A stretch of DNA of 64,000 nucleotides from Eledone cirrhosa. Taxonomy: Eukaryota. This document shows, piece after piece, positions 26,151 to 39,714 of the stretch. Made by a program: the position numbers and the translations under genes. The stretch is from contig OZ024743.1 of the NCBI GenBank assembly GCA_964016885.1, positions 137,640,001-137,704,000 on the forward strand. Direction: 5' to 3'. The notes beneath the pieces are model-generated. The model saw nothing but the letters and a program-made list of their open reading frames with translations. It did no database searches and was not told the origin of the DNA. Numbering within the stretch: the first letter of the stretch is position 1; every line of letters starts with the position of its first letter.

Positions 26151-29100
26151 GGTGTCTGGTTTTTGGTGCTTGGTGCTTGGTGTTTGGTGTTTGGTGCTTG
26201 CTGCTGGCTGCTTGGTGTTTGGTGCTTGGTGATTGGTGCTTGGTGTTTGGTGCTTGGTGTTTGGTGTTTGGTGCTAGGTGCTTGGTGTTTGGTGCTTGGT
26301 GCTTGGTGTTTGTACTTGGTGCTTGGTGCTTGGTTCTTGGTGTTTGGTGCTTGGTGCTTGGTGTTTGGTGCTTGGTGCTTGGTGTTTGGTGCTTGGTGAT
26401 TGGTGCTTGGTGTTTGGTGCTTGGTGCTTGGTGCTTGGTGTTTGGTGCTTGGTGTTTGGTGCTTGGTGTTAGGTCTTTGGTGCTTGGTGTTTGGTGTTAT
26501 ATGCTTGGTGTTTGATGCTTGGTGCTTGGTGCTTGGTGTTTGGTGCTTGGTGCTTGATGCTTGGTGCTTGGTTCTTGGTGTTTGGTGTTTGGTGTTTGGT
26601 GTTTGGTGCTTGGTGCTTGGTGTTTGGTGCTTGGTGCTTGGTGTTTGGTGCCTGGTGCTTGGTGCTTGGTGCTTGGTGTTTGGTGTTTGGTGCTTGGTGC
26701 TTGGTGCTTGGTGTTTGGTGTTTGGTGTTTGGTTTTTGGTGCTTGGTCCTTGGTGTTTGGTGCTGGGTGCTTTGTGTTTGGTACTTGGTGCTTGGTGTTT
26801 GGTGTTTGCTGCTTGGTGTTTGATGCTTGGTGCTTGGTGCTTGGTGTTTTGTGTTTGGTGCTTGGTGCTTGGTGTTTGGTGCTTGGTGCTTGGTGTTTGG
26901 TGCCTGGTGCTTGGTGCTTGGTGCTTGGTCCTTGGTGTTTGGTGCTGGGTGCTTGGTGTTTGATGCTTGGTGCTTGGTGTTTGGTGCTTGGTGCTTGGTG
27001 TTTGGTGCTTGGTGCTGGTTGGTTGGTGTTTGGTGCTTGGTGTTTGGGGCTGGGTGCTTGGTGTTTGGTGCTTGGTGCTTGGTCTTTGGTGCTTGGTGTT
27101 TGGTGTTTGGTGCTTGGTGCTTGGTGTTTGGTGCTTGGTGCTTGGTGTTTGTTGTTTGGTGTTTGTTGTTTGGTGTTTGCTGTTTGGTGTTTCGTGTTTG
27201 CTGTTTCGTGTCTGCTTTTTGGTGTTTGGTGTTTGCTGTATGTTGTTTGCTGTTTGGTGTTTGGTGTTTGGTGTTTGGTGCTTGGTGCTTGGTGTTTGGT
27301 GCTTGGTGCTTGGTGTTTGGTGCCTGGTGCTTGGTGCTTGGTGTTTGGTGTTTGGTGTTTGGTGCTTGGTGCTTGGTGCTTGGTGTTTTGTGTTTGGTGT
27401 TTGGGTTTTGGTGCTTGGTGTTTGGTTCTTGGTTCTTGGTGTTTGGTGTTTGGTATTTGGTGTTTGGTGCTTGTTGCTTGGTGTTTTGTGCTTGGTGCTT
27501 GGTGTTTGGTGCCTGGTGCTTGGTGCTTGGTGCTTGGTGTTTGGTGTTTGGTGCTTGGTGCTTGTTGTTTTGGGTTTGGTGTTTGGTTTTTGGTGATTGG
27601 TGCTTGGTGCTTGGTCCTTGGTGTTTGGTGCTGGGTGCTTTGTGTTTGGTGCTTGGTGCTTGGTGTTTGGTGTTTGCTGCTTGGTGTTTGATGCTTGGTG
27701 CTTGGTGCTTGGTGTTTTGTGTTTGGTGCTTGGTGTTTGGTGCTTGGTGCTTGGTGTTTGTACTTGGTGCTTGGTGCTTGGTGCTTGGTGTTTGGTGTTT
27801 GGTGCTTGGTGTTTGGTGCTTGGTGCTTGGTGCTTGGTGTTAGGTGTTTAGTGCTTGGTGCTTGGTGTTTGGTGCTTGGTGTTTTCTGTTTGCTGTTTGG
27901 TGTTTGGTGTTTGGTGTTTGGTGTTTGCTGTTTGGTGTCTGCTTTTTGGTGTTTAGTGTTTGCTGTATGGTGTTTGCTGTTTCGTGTTTGGTGTTTGTTG
28001 TTTGGTGTTTGGTCTTTGGTGCTTGGTGCTTGGTGCTTGGTGCTTGGTGCTTGGTGTTTGGTGTTTGGTGCTTGGTGCTTGGTGTTTGGTGTTTGTTGTT
28101 TGGTGCTTGGTGTCTGGTGCTTGGTGTTTGGTGTTTGGTGCTTGGTGTTTGGTGTTCGGTGTTTGGTGCTTGGTGCTTGGTGTTTGGTGTTCGGTGTTTG
28201 GTGCTTGGTGCTTGGTGTTTGGTGTTTGGTGCTTGGTGTTTGGTGTTTGGTGCTTTTTGCTTGGTGCTTGGTGCTTGGTGTTTGGTGCTTGGTGCTTGGT
28301 GTTTGGTGCTGGGTGCTTGGTGCTTGGTGTTTGACTGTTTGGTGCTTGGTGCTTGGTGTTTGGTGTTTGGTGTTATATGCTTGGTGTTTGATGCTTGGTG
28401 CTTGGTGCTTGGTGTTTGGTGTTTGGTGTTTGATGCTTGGTGCTTGGTGCTTGGTGTTTGGTGTTTGGTGCTTGGTGTTTGTACTTGGTGCTTGGTGCTT
28501 GGTGCTTGGTGTTTGGTGCTTGGTGTTTGGTGCTTGGTGCTTGGTGCTTGGTGCTTGGTGTTTGGTGGTTGGTGTTTGGTGCTTGGTGTTAGGTGTTTGG
28601 TGCTTGGTGTTTGGTGTTTGGTTCTTGGTGTTTGGTGCTTGGTACTTGGTGCTTGGTGCTTGGTGTTAGGTGTTTGGTGCTTGGTGCTTGGTGCTTGGTG
28701 TTTGGTGCTTGGTGTTTGGTGCTTGGTGCTTGGTGCTTGGTGCTTGGTGCTTGGTGTTTGGTGGTTGGTGTTTGGTGCTTGGTGTTAGGTGTTTGGTGCT
28801 TGATGCTTGGTGTTTGGTGCTTTTTGCTTGGTGCTTGGTGCTTGGTGTTTGGTGTTTGGTGCTTGGTGTTTGGTGCTTGGTGCTTGGTGCTTGGTGCTTG
28901 GTGTTTGGTGCTTGGTGTTTGGTGATTGGTGCTTGGTGCTTGGTGCTTGGTGCTTGGTGTTTGGTGGTTGGTGCTTGGTGCTTGGTGTTAGGTGTTTGGT
29001 GCTTGGTGCTTGGTGTTTGGTGTTTGGTGCTTGGTGTTTGGTGTTTGGTGCTTGGTGTTTGGTGCTTGGTACTTGGTGCTTGGTGCTTGGTGTTAGGTGT

Positions 29101-32100
29101 TTGGTGCTTGGTGCTTGGTGTCTGGTTTTTGGTGCTTGGTGCTTGGTGTTTGGTGTTTGGTGCTTGCTGCTGGCTGCTTGGTGTTTGGTGCTTGGTGATT
29201 GGTGCTTGGTGTTTGGTGCTTGGTGTTTGGTGTTTGGTGCTAGGTGCTTGGTGTTTGGTGCTTGGTGCTTGGTGTTTGGTGCTTGGTGCCTGGTGCATGG
29301 TGTTTGTTGCTTGGTGCTTGGTGTTTGGTGTTTGGTGTTTGGTGTTTGGTGCTTGCTGCTTGCTGCTTGGTGTTTGGTGCTTGGTGATTGGTGCTTGGTG
29401 TTTGGTGCTTGGTGCTTGGTGTTTGGTGCTAGGTGCTTGGTGCTTGGTGCTTGGTGTTTGGTGTTTGGTGCTTGGTACTTGGGGCTTTGTATTTGGTGCT
29501 TAGTGCTTCGTGTTTGGTGTTTGGTGCTTGGTGCTTGGTGTTTGGTGCTTGGTGTTTGGTGCTTGGTGCTTGGTGCTGTGTGGTTGGCGTTTGGTGCTTG
29601 GTGCTTGGTGTTTGGTGCTTGGTGCTTGGTGCTTGGTGTTTGGTGCTTGGTGTTTGGTGTTTGGTGCTTGGTGCTTGGTGTTTGGTGCTTGGTGCTTGGT
29701 GATTAGTGTTTGGTGCTTGGTGCTTGGGGTTTGGTGTTTGGTCCTTGGTGCTTGGTGTCTGGTGCTTGGTGCTTGGTGTTTGGTGCTTGGTGTTTGGTGT
29801 TTGCTGTTTGGTGTTTGGTGTTTGGTGTTTGCTGTTTGCTGTTTGCTGTTTGCTGTCTGCTTTTTGGTGTTTGTTGTTTGATGTATGGTGTTTGCTGTTT
29901 CGTGTTTATTGTTTGCTGTTTGGTGTTTGGTGTTTGGTGTTTGGTGTTTGGTGTTTCCTGTTTGGTCTTTAGTCTTTGGTGCTTCGTGTTCGGTGCTTGG
30001 TGCTTGGTATTTGGTGTTTGGTGTTTGGTGCTTGGTGCTTGGTGTTTGGTGCTTGGTGCTTGGTGTTTGGTGTTTGGTGCTTGGTGCTTGGTGTTTGGTG
30101 TTTGCTGTTTGCTGTTTGGTGTTTGTTGTTTGGTGTTTGTTGTTTGGTGTTTTCTGTTTGGTGTTTGGTGTTTGCTGTTTCGTGTCTGCTTTTTGGTGTT
30201 TGGTGTTTGCTGTATGTTGTTTGCTGTTTGCTGTTTGATGTTTGGTGTTTGGTGTTTGGTGCTTGGTGCTTGGTGTTTGGTGCTTGGTGCTTGGTGTTTG
30301 GTGCCTGGTGCTTGGTGCTTGGTGCTTGGTGTTTGGTGTTTGGTGCTTGGTGCTTGGTGCTTGGTGTTTTGTGTTTGGTGCTTGGTCCTTGGTGTTTGGT
30401 GCTTGGTGCTTGGTGTTTGGTGCCTGGTGCTTGGTGCTTGGTGCTTGGTCCTTGGTGTTTGGTGCTGGGTGCTTGGTGTTTGATGCTTGGTGCTTGGTGT
30501 TTGGTGCTTGATGCTTGGTGTTTGGTGCTTGGTGCTGGTTGGTTGGTGTTTGGTGCTTGGTGTTTGGTGCTGGGTGCTTGGTGTTTGGTGCTTGGTGCTT
30601 GGTCTTTGGTGCTTGGTGTTTGGTGTTTGGTGCTTGGTGCTTGGTGTTTGGTGCTTGGTGCTTGGTGTTTAGTGCTTGGTGCTTAGTGTTTGGTGCTAGG
30701 TGCTTGGGGTTTGGTGTTTGGTGCTTGGTGTTTGGTGCTTGGTGCTTGGTGTTTGGTGCTTGGTGTTTGGTGTTTGCTGTTTGCTGTTTGGTGTTTGTTG
30801 TTTGGTGTTTGTTGTTTGGTGTTTGCTGTTTGGTGTTTCGTGTTTGCTGTTTCGTGTCTGCTTTTTGGTGTTTGGTGTTTGCTGTATGTTGTTTGCTGTT
30901 TGGTGTTTGGTGTTTGGTGTTTGGTGCTTGGTGCTTGGTGTTTGGTGCTTGGTGCTTGGTGTTTGGTGCCTGGTGCTTGGTGCTTGGTGTTTGGTGTTTG
31001 GTGTTTGGTGCTTGGTGCTTGGTGCTTGGTGTTTTGTGTTTGGTGTTTGGGTTTTGGTGCTTGGTGTTTGGTTCTTGGTTCTTGGTGTTTGGTGTTTGGT
31101 ATTTGGTGTTTGGTGCTTGTTGCTTGGTGTTTTGTGCTTGGTGCTTGGTGTTTGGTGCCTGGTGCTTGGTGCTTGGTGCTTGGTGTTTGGTGTTTGGTGC
31201 TTGGTGCTTGTTGTTTTGGGTTTGGTGTTTGGTTTTTGGTGCTTGGTGCTTGGTGCTTGGTCCTTGGTGTTTGGTGCTGGGTGCTTTGTGTTTGGTGCTT
31301 GGTGCTTGGTGTTTGGTGTTTGCTGCTTGGTGTTTGATGCTTGGTGCTTGGTGCTTGGTGTTTTGTGTTTGGTGCTTGGTGTTTGGTGCTTGGTGCTTGG
31401 TGTTTGTACTTGGTGCTTGGTGCTTGGTGCTTGGTGTTTGGTGTTTGGTGCTTGGTGTTTGGTGCTTGGTGCTTGGTGCTTGGTTTTAGGTGTTTAGTGC
31501 TTGGTGCTTGGTGTTTGGTGCTTGGTGTTTGCTGTTTGCTGTTTGGTGTTTGGTGTTTGGTGTTTGGTGTTTGCTGTTTGGTGTCTGCTTTTTGGTGTTT
31601 AGTGTTTGCTGTATGGTGTTTGCTGTTTCGTGTTTGGTGTTTGTTGTTTGGTGTTTGGTCTTGGTGCTTGGTGCTTGGTGCTTGGTGCTTGGTGCTTGGT
31701 GTTTGGTGTTTGGTGCTTGGTGCTTGGTGTTTGGTGTTTGTTGTTTGGTGCTTGGTGTCTGGTGCTTGGTGTTTGGTGTTTGGTGCTTGGTGTTTGGTGT
31801 TCGGTGTTTGGTGCTTGGTGATTGGTGTTTGGTGTTCGGTGTTTGGTGCTTGGTGCTTGGTGTTTGGTGTTTGGTGCTTGGTGTTTGGTGTTTGGTGCTT
31901 TTTGCTTGGTGCTTGGTGCTTGGTGTTTGGTGCTTGGTGCTTGGTGTTTGGTGCTGGGTGCTTGGTGCTTGGTGTTTGACTGTTTGGTGCTTGGTGCTTG
32001 GTGTTTGGTGTTTGGTGTTATATGCTTGGTGTTTGATGCTTGGTGCTTGGTGCTTGGTGTTTGGTGTTTGGTGTTTGATGCTTGGTGCTTGGTGCTTGGT

Positions 32101-35100
32101 GTTCGGTCTTTGGTGCTTGGTGTTTGTACTTGGTGCTTGGTGCTTGGTGCTTGGTGTTTGGTGCTTGGTGTTTGGTGCTTGGTGCTTGGTGCTTGGTGCT
32201 TGGTGTTTGGTGGTTGGTGTTTGGTGCTTGGTGTTAGGTGTTTGGTGCTTGGTGTTTGGTGTTTGGTGCTTGGTGTTTGGTGCTTGGTACTTGGTGCTTG
32301 GTGCTTGGTGTTAGGTGTTTGGTGCTTGGTGTTTGGTGCTTGGTGTTTGGTGCTTGGTGTTTGGTGCTTGGTGCTTGGTGCTTGGTGCTTGGTGCTTGGT
32401 GTTTGGTGGTTGGTGTTTGGTGCTTGGTGTTAGGTGTTTGGTGCTTGATGCTTGGTGTTTGGTGCTTTTTGCTTGGTGCTTGGTGCTTGGTGCTTGGTGT
32501 TTGGTGCTTGATGCTTGGTGTTTGGTGCTGGGTGCTTGGTGCTTGGTGTTTGGTGTTTGGTGATTGGTGCTTGGTGTTTGGTGTTTGGTGTTATATGCTT
32601 GGTGTTTGATGCTTGGTGCTTGGTGCTTGGTGTTTGGTACTTGGTGATTGATGCTTGGTGCTTGGTGCTTGGTGTTTGGTGCTTGGTGCTTGGTGTTTGG
32701 TGCTTGGTGCTTGGTGTTTGGTGCTTGGTGTTTGGTGCTTGGTGTTTGGTGATTGGTGTTTGGTGCTTGGTGCTTGGTGCTTGGTGTTTGGTGGTTGGTG
32801 CTTGGTGCTTGGTGTTAGGTGTTTGGTGCTTGGTGCTTGGTGTTTGGTGTTTGGTGCTTGGTGTTTGGTGTTTGGTGCTTGGTGTTTGGTGCTTGGTACT
32901 TGGTGCTTGGTGCTTGGTGTTAGGTGTTTGGTGCTTGGTGCTTGGTGTCTGGTTTTTGGTGCTTGGTGCTTGGTGTTTGGTGTTTGGTGCTTGCTGCTGG
33001 CTGCTTGGTGTTTGGTGCTTGGTGATTGGTGCTTGGTGTTTGGTGCTTGGTGTTTGGTGTTTGGTGCTAGGTGCTTGGTGTTTGGTGCTTGGTGCTTGGT
33101 GTTTGTACTTGGTGCTTGGTGCTTGGTTCTTGGTGTTTGGTGCTTGGTGCTTGGTGTTTGGTGCTTGGTGCTTGGTGTTTGGTGCTTGGTGATTGGTGCT
33201 TGGTGTTTGGTGCTTGGTGCTTGGTGCTTGGTGTTTGGTGCTTGGTGTTTGGTGCTTGGTGTTAGGTCTTTGGTGCTTGGTGTTTGGTGTTATATGCTTG
33301 GTGTTTGATGCTTGGTGCTTGGTGCTTGGTGTTTGGTGCTTGGTGCTTGATGCTTGGTGCTTGGTTCTTGGTGTTTGGTGTTTGGTGTTTGGTGTTTGGT
33401 GCTTGGTGCTTGGTGTTTGGTGCTTGGTGCTTGGTGTTTGGTGCCTGGTGCTTGGTGCTTGGTGCTTGGTGTTTGGTGTTTGGTGCTTGGTGCTTGGTGC
33501 TTGGTGTTTGGTGTTTGGTGTTTGGTTTTTGGTGCTTGGTCCTTGGTGTTTGGTGCTGGGTGCTTTGTGTTTGGTACTTGGTGCTTGGTGTTTGGTGTTT
33601 GCTGCTTGGTGTTTGATGCTTGGTGCTTGGTGCTTGGTGTTTTGTGTTTGGTGCTTGGTGCTTGGTGTTTGGTGCTTGGTGCTTGGTGTTTGGTGCCTGG
33701 TGCTTGGTGCTTGGTGCTTGGTCCTTGGTGTTTGGTGCTGGGTGCTTGGTGTTTGATGCTTGGTGCTTGGTGTTTGGTGCTTGGTGCTTGGTGTTTGGTG
33801 CTTGGTGCTGGTTGGTTGGTGTTTGGTGCTTGGTGTTTGGTGCTGGGTGCTTGGTGTTTGGTGCTTGGTGCTTGGTCTTTGGTGCTTGGTGTTTGGTGTT
33901 TGGTGCTTGGTGCTTGGTGTTTGGTGCTTGGTGCTTGGTGTTTAGTGCTTGGTGCTTAGTGTTTGGTGCTAGGTGCTTGGGGTTTGGTGTTTGGTGCTTG
34001 GTGTTTGGTGCTTGGTGCTTGGTGTTTGGTGCTTGGTGTTTGGTGTTTGCTGTTTGCTGTTTGGTGTTTGTTGTTTGGTGTTTGTTGTTTGGTGTTTGCT
34101 GTTTGGTGTTTCGTGTTTGCTGTTTCGTGTCTGCTTTTTGGTGTTTGGTGTTTGCTGTATGTTGTTTGCTGTTTGGTGTTTGGTGTTTGGTGTTTGGTGC
34201 TTGGTGCTTGGTGTTTGGTGCTTGGTGCTTGGTGTTTGGTGCCTGGTGCTTGGTGCTTGGTGTTTGGTGTTTGGTGTTTGGTGCTTGGTGCTTGGTGCTT
34301 GGTGTTTTGTGTTTGGTGTTTGGGTTTTGGTGCTTGGTGTTTGGTTCTTGGTTCTTGGTGTTTGGTGTTTGGTATTAGGTGTTTGGTGCTTGTTGCTTGG
34401 TGTTTTGTGCTTGGTGCTTGGTGTTTGGTGCCTGGTGCTTGGTGCTTGGTGCTTGGTGTTTGGTGTTTGGTGCTTGGTGCTTGTTGTTTTGGGTTTGGTG
34501 TTTGGTTTTTGGTGCTTGGTGCTTGGTGCTTGGTCCTTGGTGTTTGGTGCTGGGTGCTTTGTGTTTGGTGCTTGGTGCTTGGTGTTTGGTGTTTGCTGCT
34601 TGGTGTTTGATGCTTGGTGCTTGGTGCTTGGTGTTTTGTGTTTGGTGCTTGGTGTTTGGTGCTTGGTGCTTGGTGTTTGTACTTGGTGCTTGGTGCTTGG
34701 TGCTTGGTGTTTGGTGTTTGGTGCTTGGTGTTTGGTGCTTGGTGCTTGGTGCTTGGTTTTAGGTGTTTAGTGCTTGGTGCTTGGTGTTTGGTGCTTGGTG
34801 TTTGCTGTTTGCTGTTTGGTGTTTGGTGTTTGGTGTTTGGTGTTTGCTGTTTGGTGTCTGCTTTTTGGTGTTTAGTGTTTGCTGTATGGTGTTTGCTGTT
34901 TCGTGTTTGGTGTTTGTTGTTTGGTGTTTGGTCTTGGTGCTTGGTGCTTGGTGCTTGGTGCTTGGTGCTTGGTGTTTGGTGTTTGGTGCTTGGTGCTTGG
35001 TGTTTGGTGTTTGTTGTTTGGTGCTTGGTGTCTGGTGCTTGGTGTTTGGTGTTTGGTGCTTGGTGTTTGGTGTTCGGTGTTTGGTGCTTGGTGCTTGGTG

Positions 35101-38100
35101 TTTGGTGTTCGGTGTTTGGTGCTTGGTGCTTGGTGTTTGGTGTTTGGTGCTTGGTGTTTGGTGTTTGGTGCTTTTTGCTTGGTGCTTGGTGCTTGGTGTT
35201 TGGTGCTTGGTGCTTGGTGTTTGGTGCTGGGTGCTTGGTGCTTGGTGTTTGACTGTTTGGTGCTTGGTGCTTGGTGTTTGGTGTTTGGTGTTATATGCTT
35301 GGTGTTTGATGCTTGGTGCTTGGTGCTTGGTGTTTGGTGTTTGGTGTTTGATGCTTGGTGCTTGGTGCTTGGTGTTTGGTCTTTGGTGCTTGGTGTTTGT
35401 ACTTGGTGCTTGGTGCTTGGTGCTTGGTGTTTGGTGCTTGGTGTTTGGTGCTTGGTGCTTGGTGCTTGGTGCTTGGTGTTTGGTGGTTGGTGTTTGGTGC
35501 TTGGTGTTAGGTGTTTGGTGCTTGGTGTTTGGTGTTTGGTGCTTGGTGTTTGGTGCTTGGTACTTGGTGCTTGGTGCTTGGTGTTAGGTGTTTGGTGCTT
35601 GGTGTTTGGTGCTTGGTGTTTGGTGCTTGGTGTTTGGTGCTTGGTGCTTGGTGCTTGGTGCTTGGTGCTTGGTGTTTGGTGGTTGGTGTTTGGTGCTTGG
35701 TGTTAGGTGTTTGGTGCTTGATGCTTGGTGTTTGGTGCTTTTTGCTTGGTGCTTGGTGCTTGGTGTTTGGTGCTTGATGCTTGGTGTTTGGTGCTGGGTG
35801 CTTGGTGCTTGGTGTTTGGTGTTTGGTGATTGGTGCTTGGTGTTTGGTGTTTGGTGTTATATGCTTGGTGTTTGATGCTTGGTGCTTGGTGCTTGGTGTT
35901 TGGTACTTGGTGATTGATGCTTGGTGCTTGGTGCTTGGTGTTTGGTGCTTGGTGCTTGGTGTTTGGTGCTTGGTGCTTGGTGTTTGGTGCTTGGTGTTTG
36001 GTGCTTGGTGTTTGGTGATTGGTGTTTGGTGCTTGGTGCTTGGTGCTTGGTGTTTGGTGGTTGGTGCTTGGTGCTTGGTGTTAGGTGTTTGGTGCTTGGT
36101 GCTTGGTGTTTGGTGTTTGGTGCTTGGTGTTTGGTGTTTGGTGCTTGGTGTTTGGTGCTTGGTACTTGGTGCTTGGTGCTTGGTGTTAGGTGTTTGGTGC
36201 TTGGTGCTTGGTGTCTGGTTTTTGGTGCTTGGTGCTTGGTGTTTGGTGTTTGGTGCTTGCTGCTGGCTGCTTGGTGTTTGGTGCTTGGTGATTGGTGCTT
36301 GGTGTTTGGTGCTTGGTGTTTGGTGTTTGGTGCTAGGTGCTTGGTGTTTGGTGCTTGGTGCTTGGTGTTTGTACTTGGTGCTTGGTGCTTGGTTCTTGGT
36401 GTTTGGTGCTTGGTGCTTGGTGTTTGGTGCTTGGTGCTTGGTGTTTGGTGCTTGGTGATTGGTGCTTGGTGTTTGGTGCTTGGTGCTTGGTGCTTGGTGT
36501 TTGGTGCTTGGTGTTTGGTGCTTGGTGTTAGGTCTTTGGTGCTTGGTGTTTGGTGTTATATGCTTGGTGTTTGATGCTTGGTGCTTGGTGCTTGGTGTTT
36601 GGTGCTTGGTGCTTGATGCTTGGTGCTTGGTTCTTGGTGTTTGGTGTTTGGTGTTTGGTGTTTGGTGCTTGGTGCTTGGTGTTTGGTGCTTGGTGCTTGG
36701 TGTTTGGTGCCTGGTGCTTGGTGCTTGGTGCTTGGTGTTTGGTGTTTGGTGCTTGGTGCTTGGTGCTTGGTGTTTGGTGTTTGGTGTTTGGTTTTTGGTG
36801 CTTGGTCCTTGGTGTTTGGTGCTGGGTGCTTTGTGTTTGGTACTTGGTGCTTGGTGTTTGGTGTTTGCTGCTTGGTGTTTGATGCTTGGTGCTTGGTGCT
36901 TGGTGTTTTGTGTTTGGTGCTTGGTGCTTGGTGTTTGGTGCTTGGTGCTTGGTGTTTGGTGCCTGGTGCTTGGTGCTTGGTGCTTGGTCCTTGGTGTTTG
37001 GTGCTGGGTGCTTGGTGTTTGATGCTTGGTGCTTGGTGTTTGGTGCTTGGTGCTTGGTGTTTGGTGCTTGGTGCTGGTTGGTTGGTGTTTGGTGCTTGGT
37101 GTTTGGTGCTGGGTGCTTGGTGTTTGGTGCTTGGTGCTTGGTCTTTGGTGCTTGGTGTTTGGTGTTTGGTGCTTGGTGCTTGGTGTTTGGTGCTTGGTGC
37201 TTGGTGTTTAGTGCTTGGTGCTTAGTGTTTGGTGCTAGGTGCTTGGGGTTTGGTGTTTGGTGCTTGGTGTTTGGTGCTTGGTGCTTGGTGTTTGGTGCTT
37301 GGTGTTTGGTGTTTGCTGTTTGCTGTTTGGTGTTTGTTGTTTGGTGTTTGTTGTTTGGTGTTTGCTGTTTGGTGTTTCGTGTTTGCTGTTTCGTGTCTGC
37401 TTTTTGGTGTTTGGTGTTTGCTGTATGTTGTTTGCTGTTTGGTGTTTGGTGTTTGGTGTTTGGTGCTTGGTGCTTGGTGTTTGGTGCTTGGTGCTTGGTG
37501 TTTGGTGCCTGGTGCTTGGTGCTTGGTGTTTGGTGTTTGGTGTTTGGTGCTTGGTGCTTGGTGCTTGGTGTTTTGTGTTTGGTGTTTGGGTTTTGGTGCT
37601 TGGTGTTTGGTTCTTGGTTCTTGGTGTTTGGTGTTTGGTATTTGGTGTTTGGTGCTTGTTGCTTGGTGTTTTGTGCTTGGTGCTTGGTGTTTGGTGCCTG
37701 GTGCTTGGTGCTTGGTGCTTGGTGTTTGGTGTTTGGTGCTTGGTGCTTGTTGTTTTGGGTTTGGTGTTTGGTTTTTGGTGATTGGTGCTTGGTGCTTGGT
37801 CCTTGGTGTTTGGTGCTGGGTGCTTTGTGTTTGGTGCTTGGTGCTTGGTGTTTGGTGTTTGCTGCTTGGTGTTTGATGCTTGGTGCTTGGTGCTTGGTGT
37901 TTTGTGTTTGGTGCTTGGTGTTTGGTGCTTGGTGCTTGGTGTTTGTACTTGGTGCTTGGTGCTTGGTGCTTGGTGTTTGGTGTTTGGTGCTTGGTGTTTG
38001 GTGCTTGGTGCTTGGTGCTTGGTGTTAGGTGTTTAGTGCTTGGTGCTTGGTGTTTGGTGCTTGGTGTTTGCTGTTTGCTGTTTGGTGTTTGGTGTTTGGT

Positions 38101-39460
38101 GTTTGGTGTTTGCTGTTTGGTGTCTGCTTTTTGGTGTTTAGTGTTTGCTGTATGGTGTTTGCTGTTTCGTGTTTGGTGTTTGTTGTTTGGTGTTTGGTCT
38201 TTGGTGCTTGGTGCTTGGTGCTTGGTGCTTGGTGCTTGGTGTTTGGTGTTTGGTGCTTGGTGCTTGGTGTTTGGTGTTTGTTGTTTGGTGCTTGGTGTCT
38301 GGTGCTTGGTGTTTGGTGTTTGGTGCTTGGTGTTTGGTGTTCGGTGTTTGGTGCTTGGTGCTTGGTGTTTGGTGTTCGGTGTTTGGTGCTTGGTGCTTGG
38401 TGTTTGGTGTTTGGTGCTTGGTGTTTGGTGTTTGGTGCTTTTTGCTTGGTGCTTGGTGCTTGGTGTTTGGTGCTTGGTGCTTGGTGTTTGGTGCTGGGTG
38501 CTTGGTGCTTGGTGTTTGACTGTTTGGTGCTTGGTGCTTGGTGTTTGGTGTTTGGTGTTATATGCTTGGTGTTTGATGCTTGGTGCTTGGTGCTTGGTGT
38601 TTGGTGTTTGGTGTTTGATGCTTGGTGCTTGGTGCTTGGTGTTTGGTCTTTGGTGCTTGGTGTTTGTACTTGGTGCTTGGTGCTTGGTGCTTGGTGTTTG
38701 GTGCTTGGTGTTTGGTGCTTGGTGCTTGGTGCTTGGTGCTTGGTGTTTGGTGGTTGGTGTTTGGTGCTTGGTGTTAGGTGTTTGGTGCTTGGTGTTTGGT
38801 GTTTGGTTCTTGGTGTTTGGTGCTTGGTACTTGGTGCTTGGTGCTTGGTGTTAGGTGTTTGGTGCTTGGTGCTTGGTGCTTGGTGTTTGGTGCTTGGTGT
38901 TTGGTGCTTGGTGCTTGGTGCTTGGTGCTTGGTGCTTGGTGTTTGGTGGTTGGTGTTTGGTGCTTGGTGTTAGGTGTTTGGTGCTTGATGCTTGGTGTTT
39001 GGTGCTTTTTGCTTGGTGCTTGGTGCTTGGTGTTTGGTGTTTGGTGCTTGGTGTTTGGTGCTTGGTGCTTGGTGCTTGGTGCTTGGTGTTTGGTGCTTGG
39101 TGTTTGGTGATTGGTGCTTGGTGCTTGGTGCTTGGTGCTTGGTGTTTGGTGGTTGGTGCTTGGTGCTTGGTGTTAGGTGTTTGGTGCTTGGTGCTTGGTG
39201 TTTGGTGTTTGGTGCTTGGTGTTTGGTGTTTGGTGCTTGGTGTTTGGTGCTTGGTACTTGGTGCTTGGTGCTTGGTGTTAGGTGTTTGGTGCTTGGTGCT
39301 TGGTGTCTGGTTTTTGGTGCTTGGTGCTTGGTGTTTGGTGTTTGGTGCTTGCTGCTGGCTGCTTGGTGTTTGGTGCTTGGTGATTGGTGCTTGGTGTTTG
39401 GTGCTTGGTGTTTGGTGTTTGGTGCTAGGTGCTTGGTGTTTGGTGCTTGGTGCTTGGTGT
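22640..39460 (+). repeat. Higher-order repeat domain built on a ~3.27 kb unit: block ~22640-29260 (two units) recurs at ~29260-39460 (three units)
   Basis: The 8-bp variant GACTGTTT occurs at 25192, 28333, 31978, 35251 and 38518. ORF offsets are 6619 (23091/29710), 6793 (26400/33193), 3273 (30690/33963), 3266 (33963/37229) and 10185 (27844/38029). Confidence 0.9.
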
Positions 39461-39714
39461 TTGTACTTGGTGCTTGGTGCTTGGTTCTTGGTGTTTGGTG
39501 CTTGGTGCTTGGTGTTTGGTGCTTGGTGATTGGTGCTTGGTGTTTGGTGCTTGGTGCTTGGTGCTTGGTGTTTGGTGCTTGGTGTTTGGTGCTTGGTGTT
39601 AGGTCTTTGGTGCTTGGTGTTTGGTGTTATATGCTTGGTGTTTGATGCTTGGTGCTTGGTGCTTGGTGTTTGGTGCTTGGTGCTTGATGCTTGGTGCTTG
39701 GTTCTTGGTGTTTG

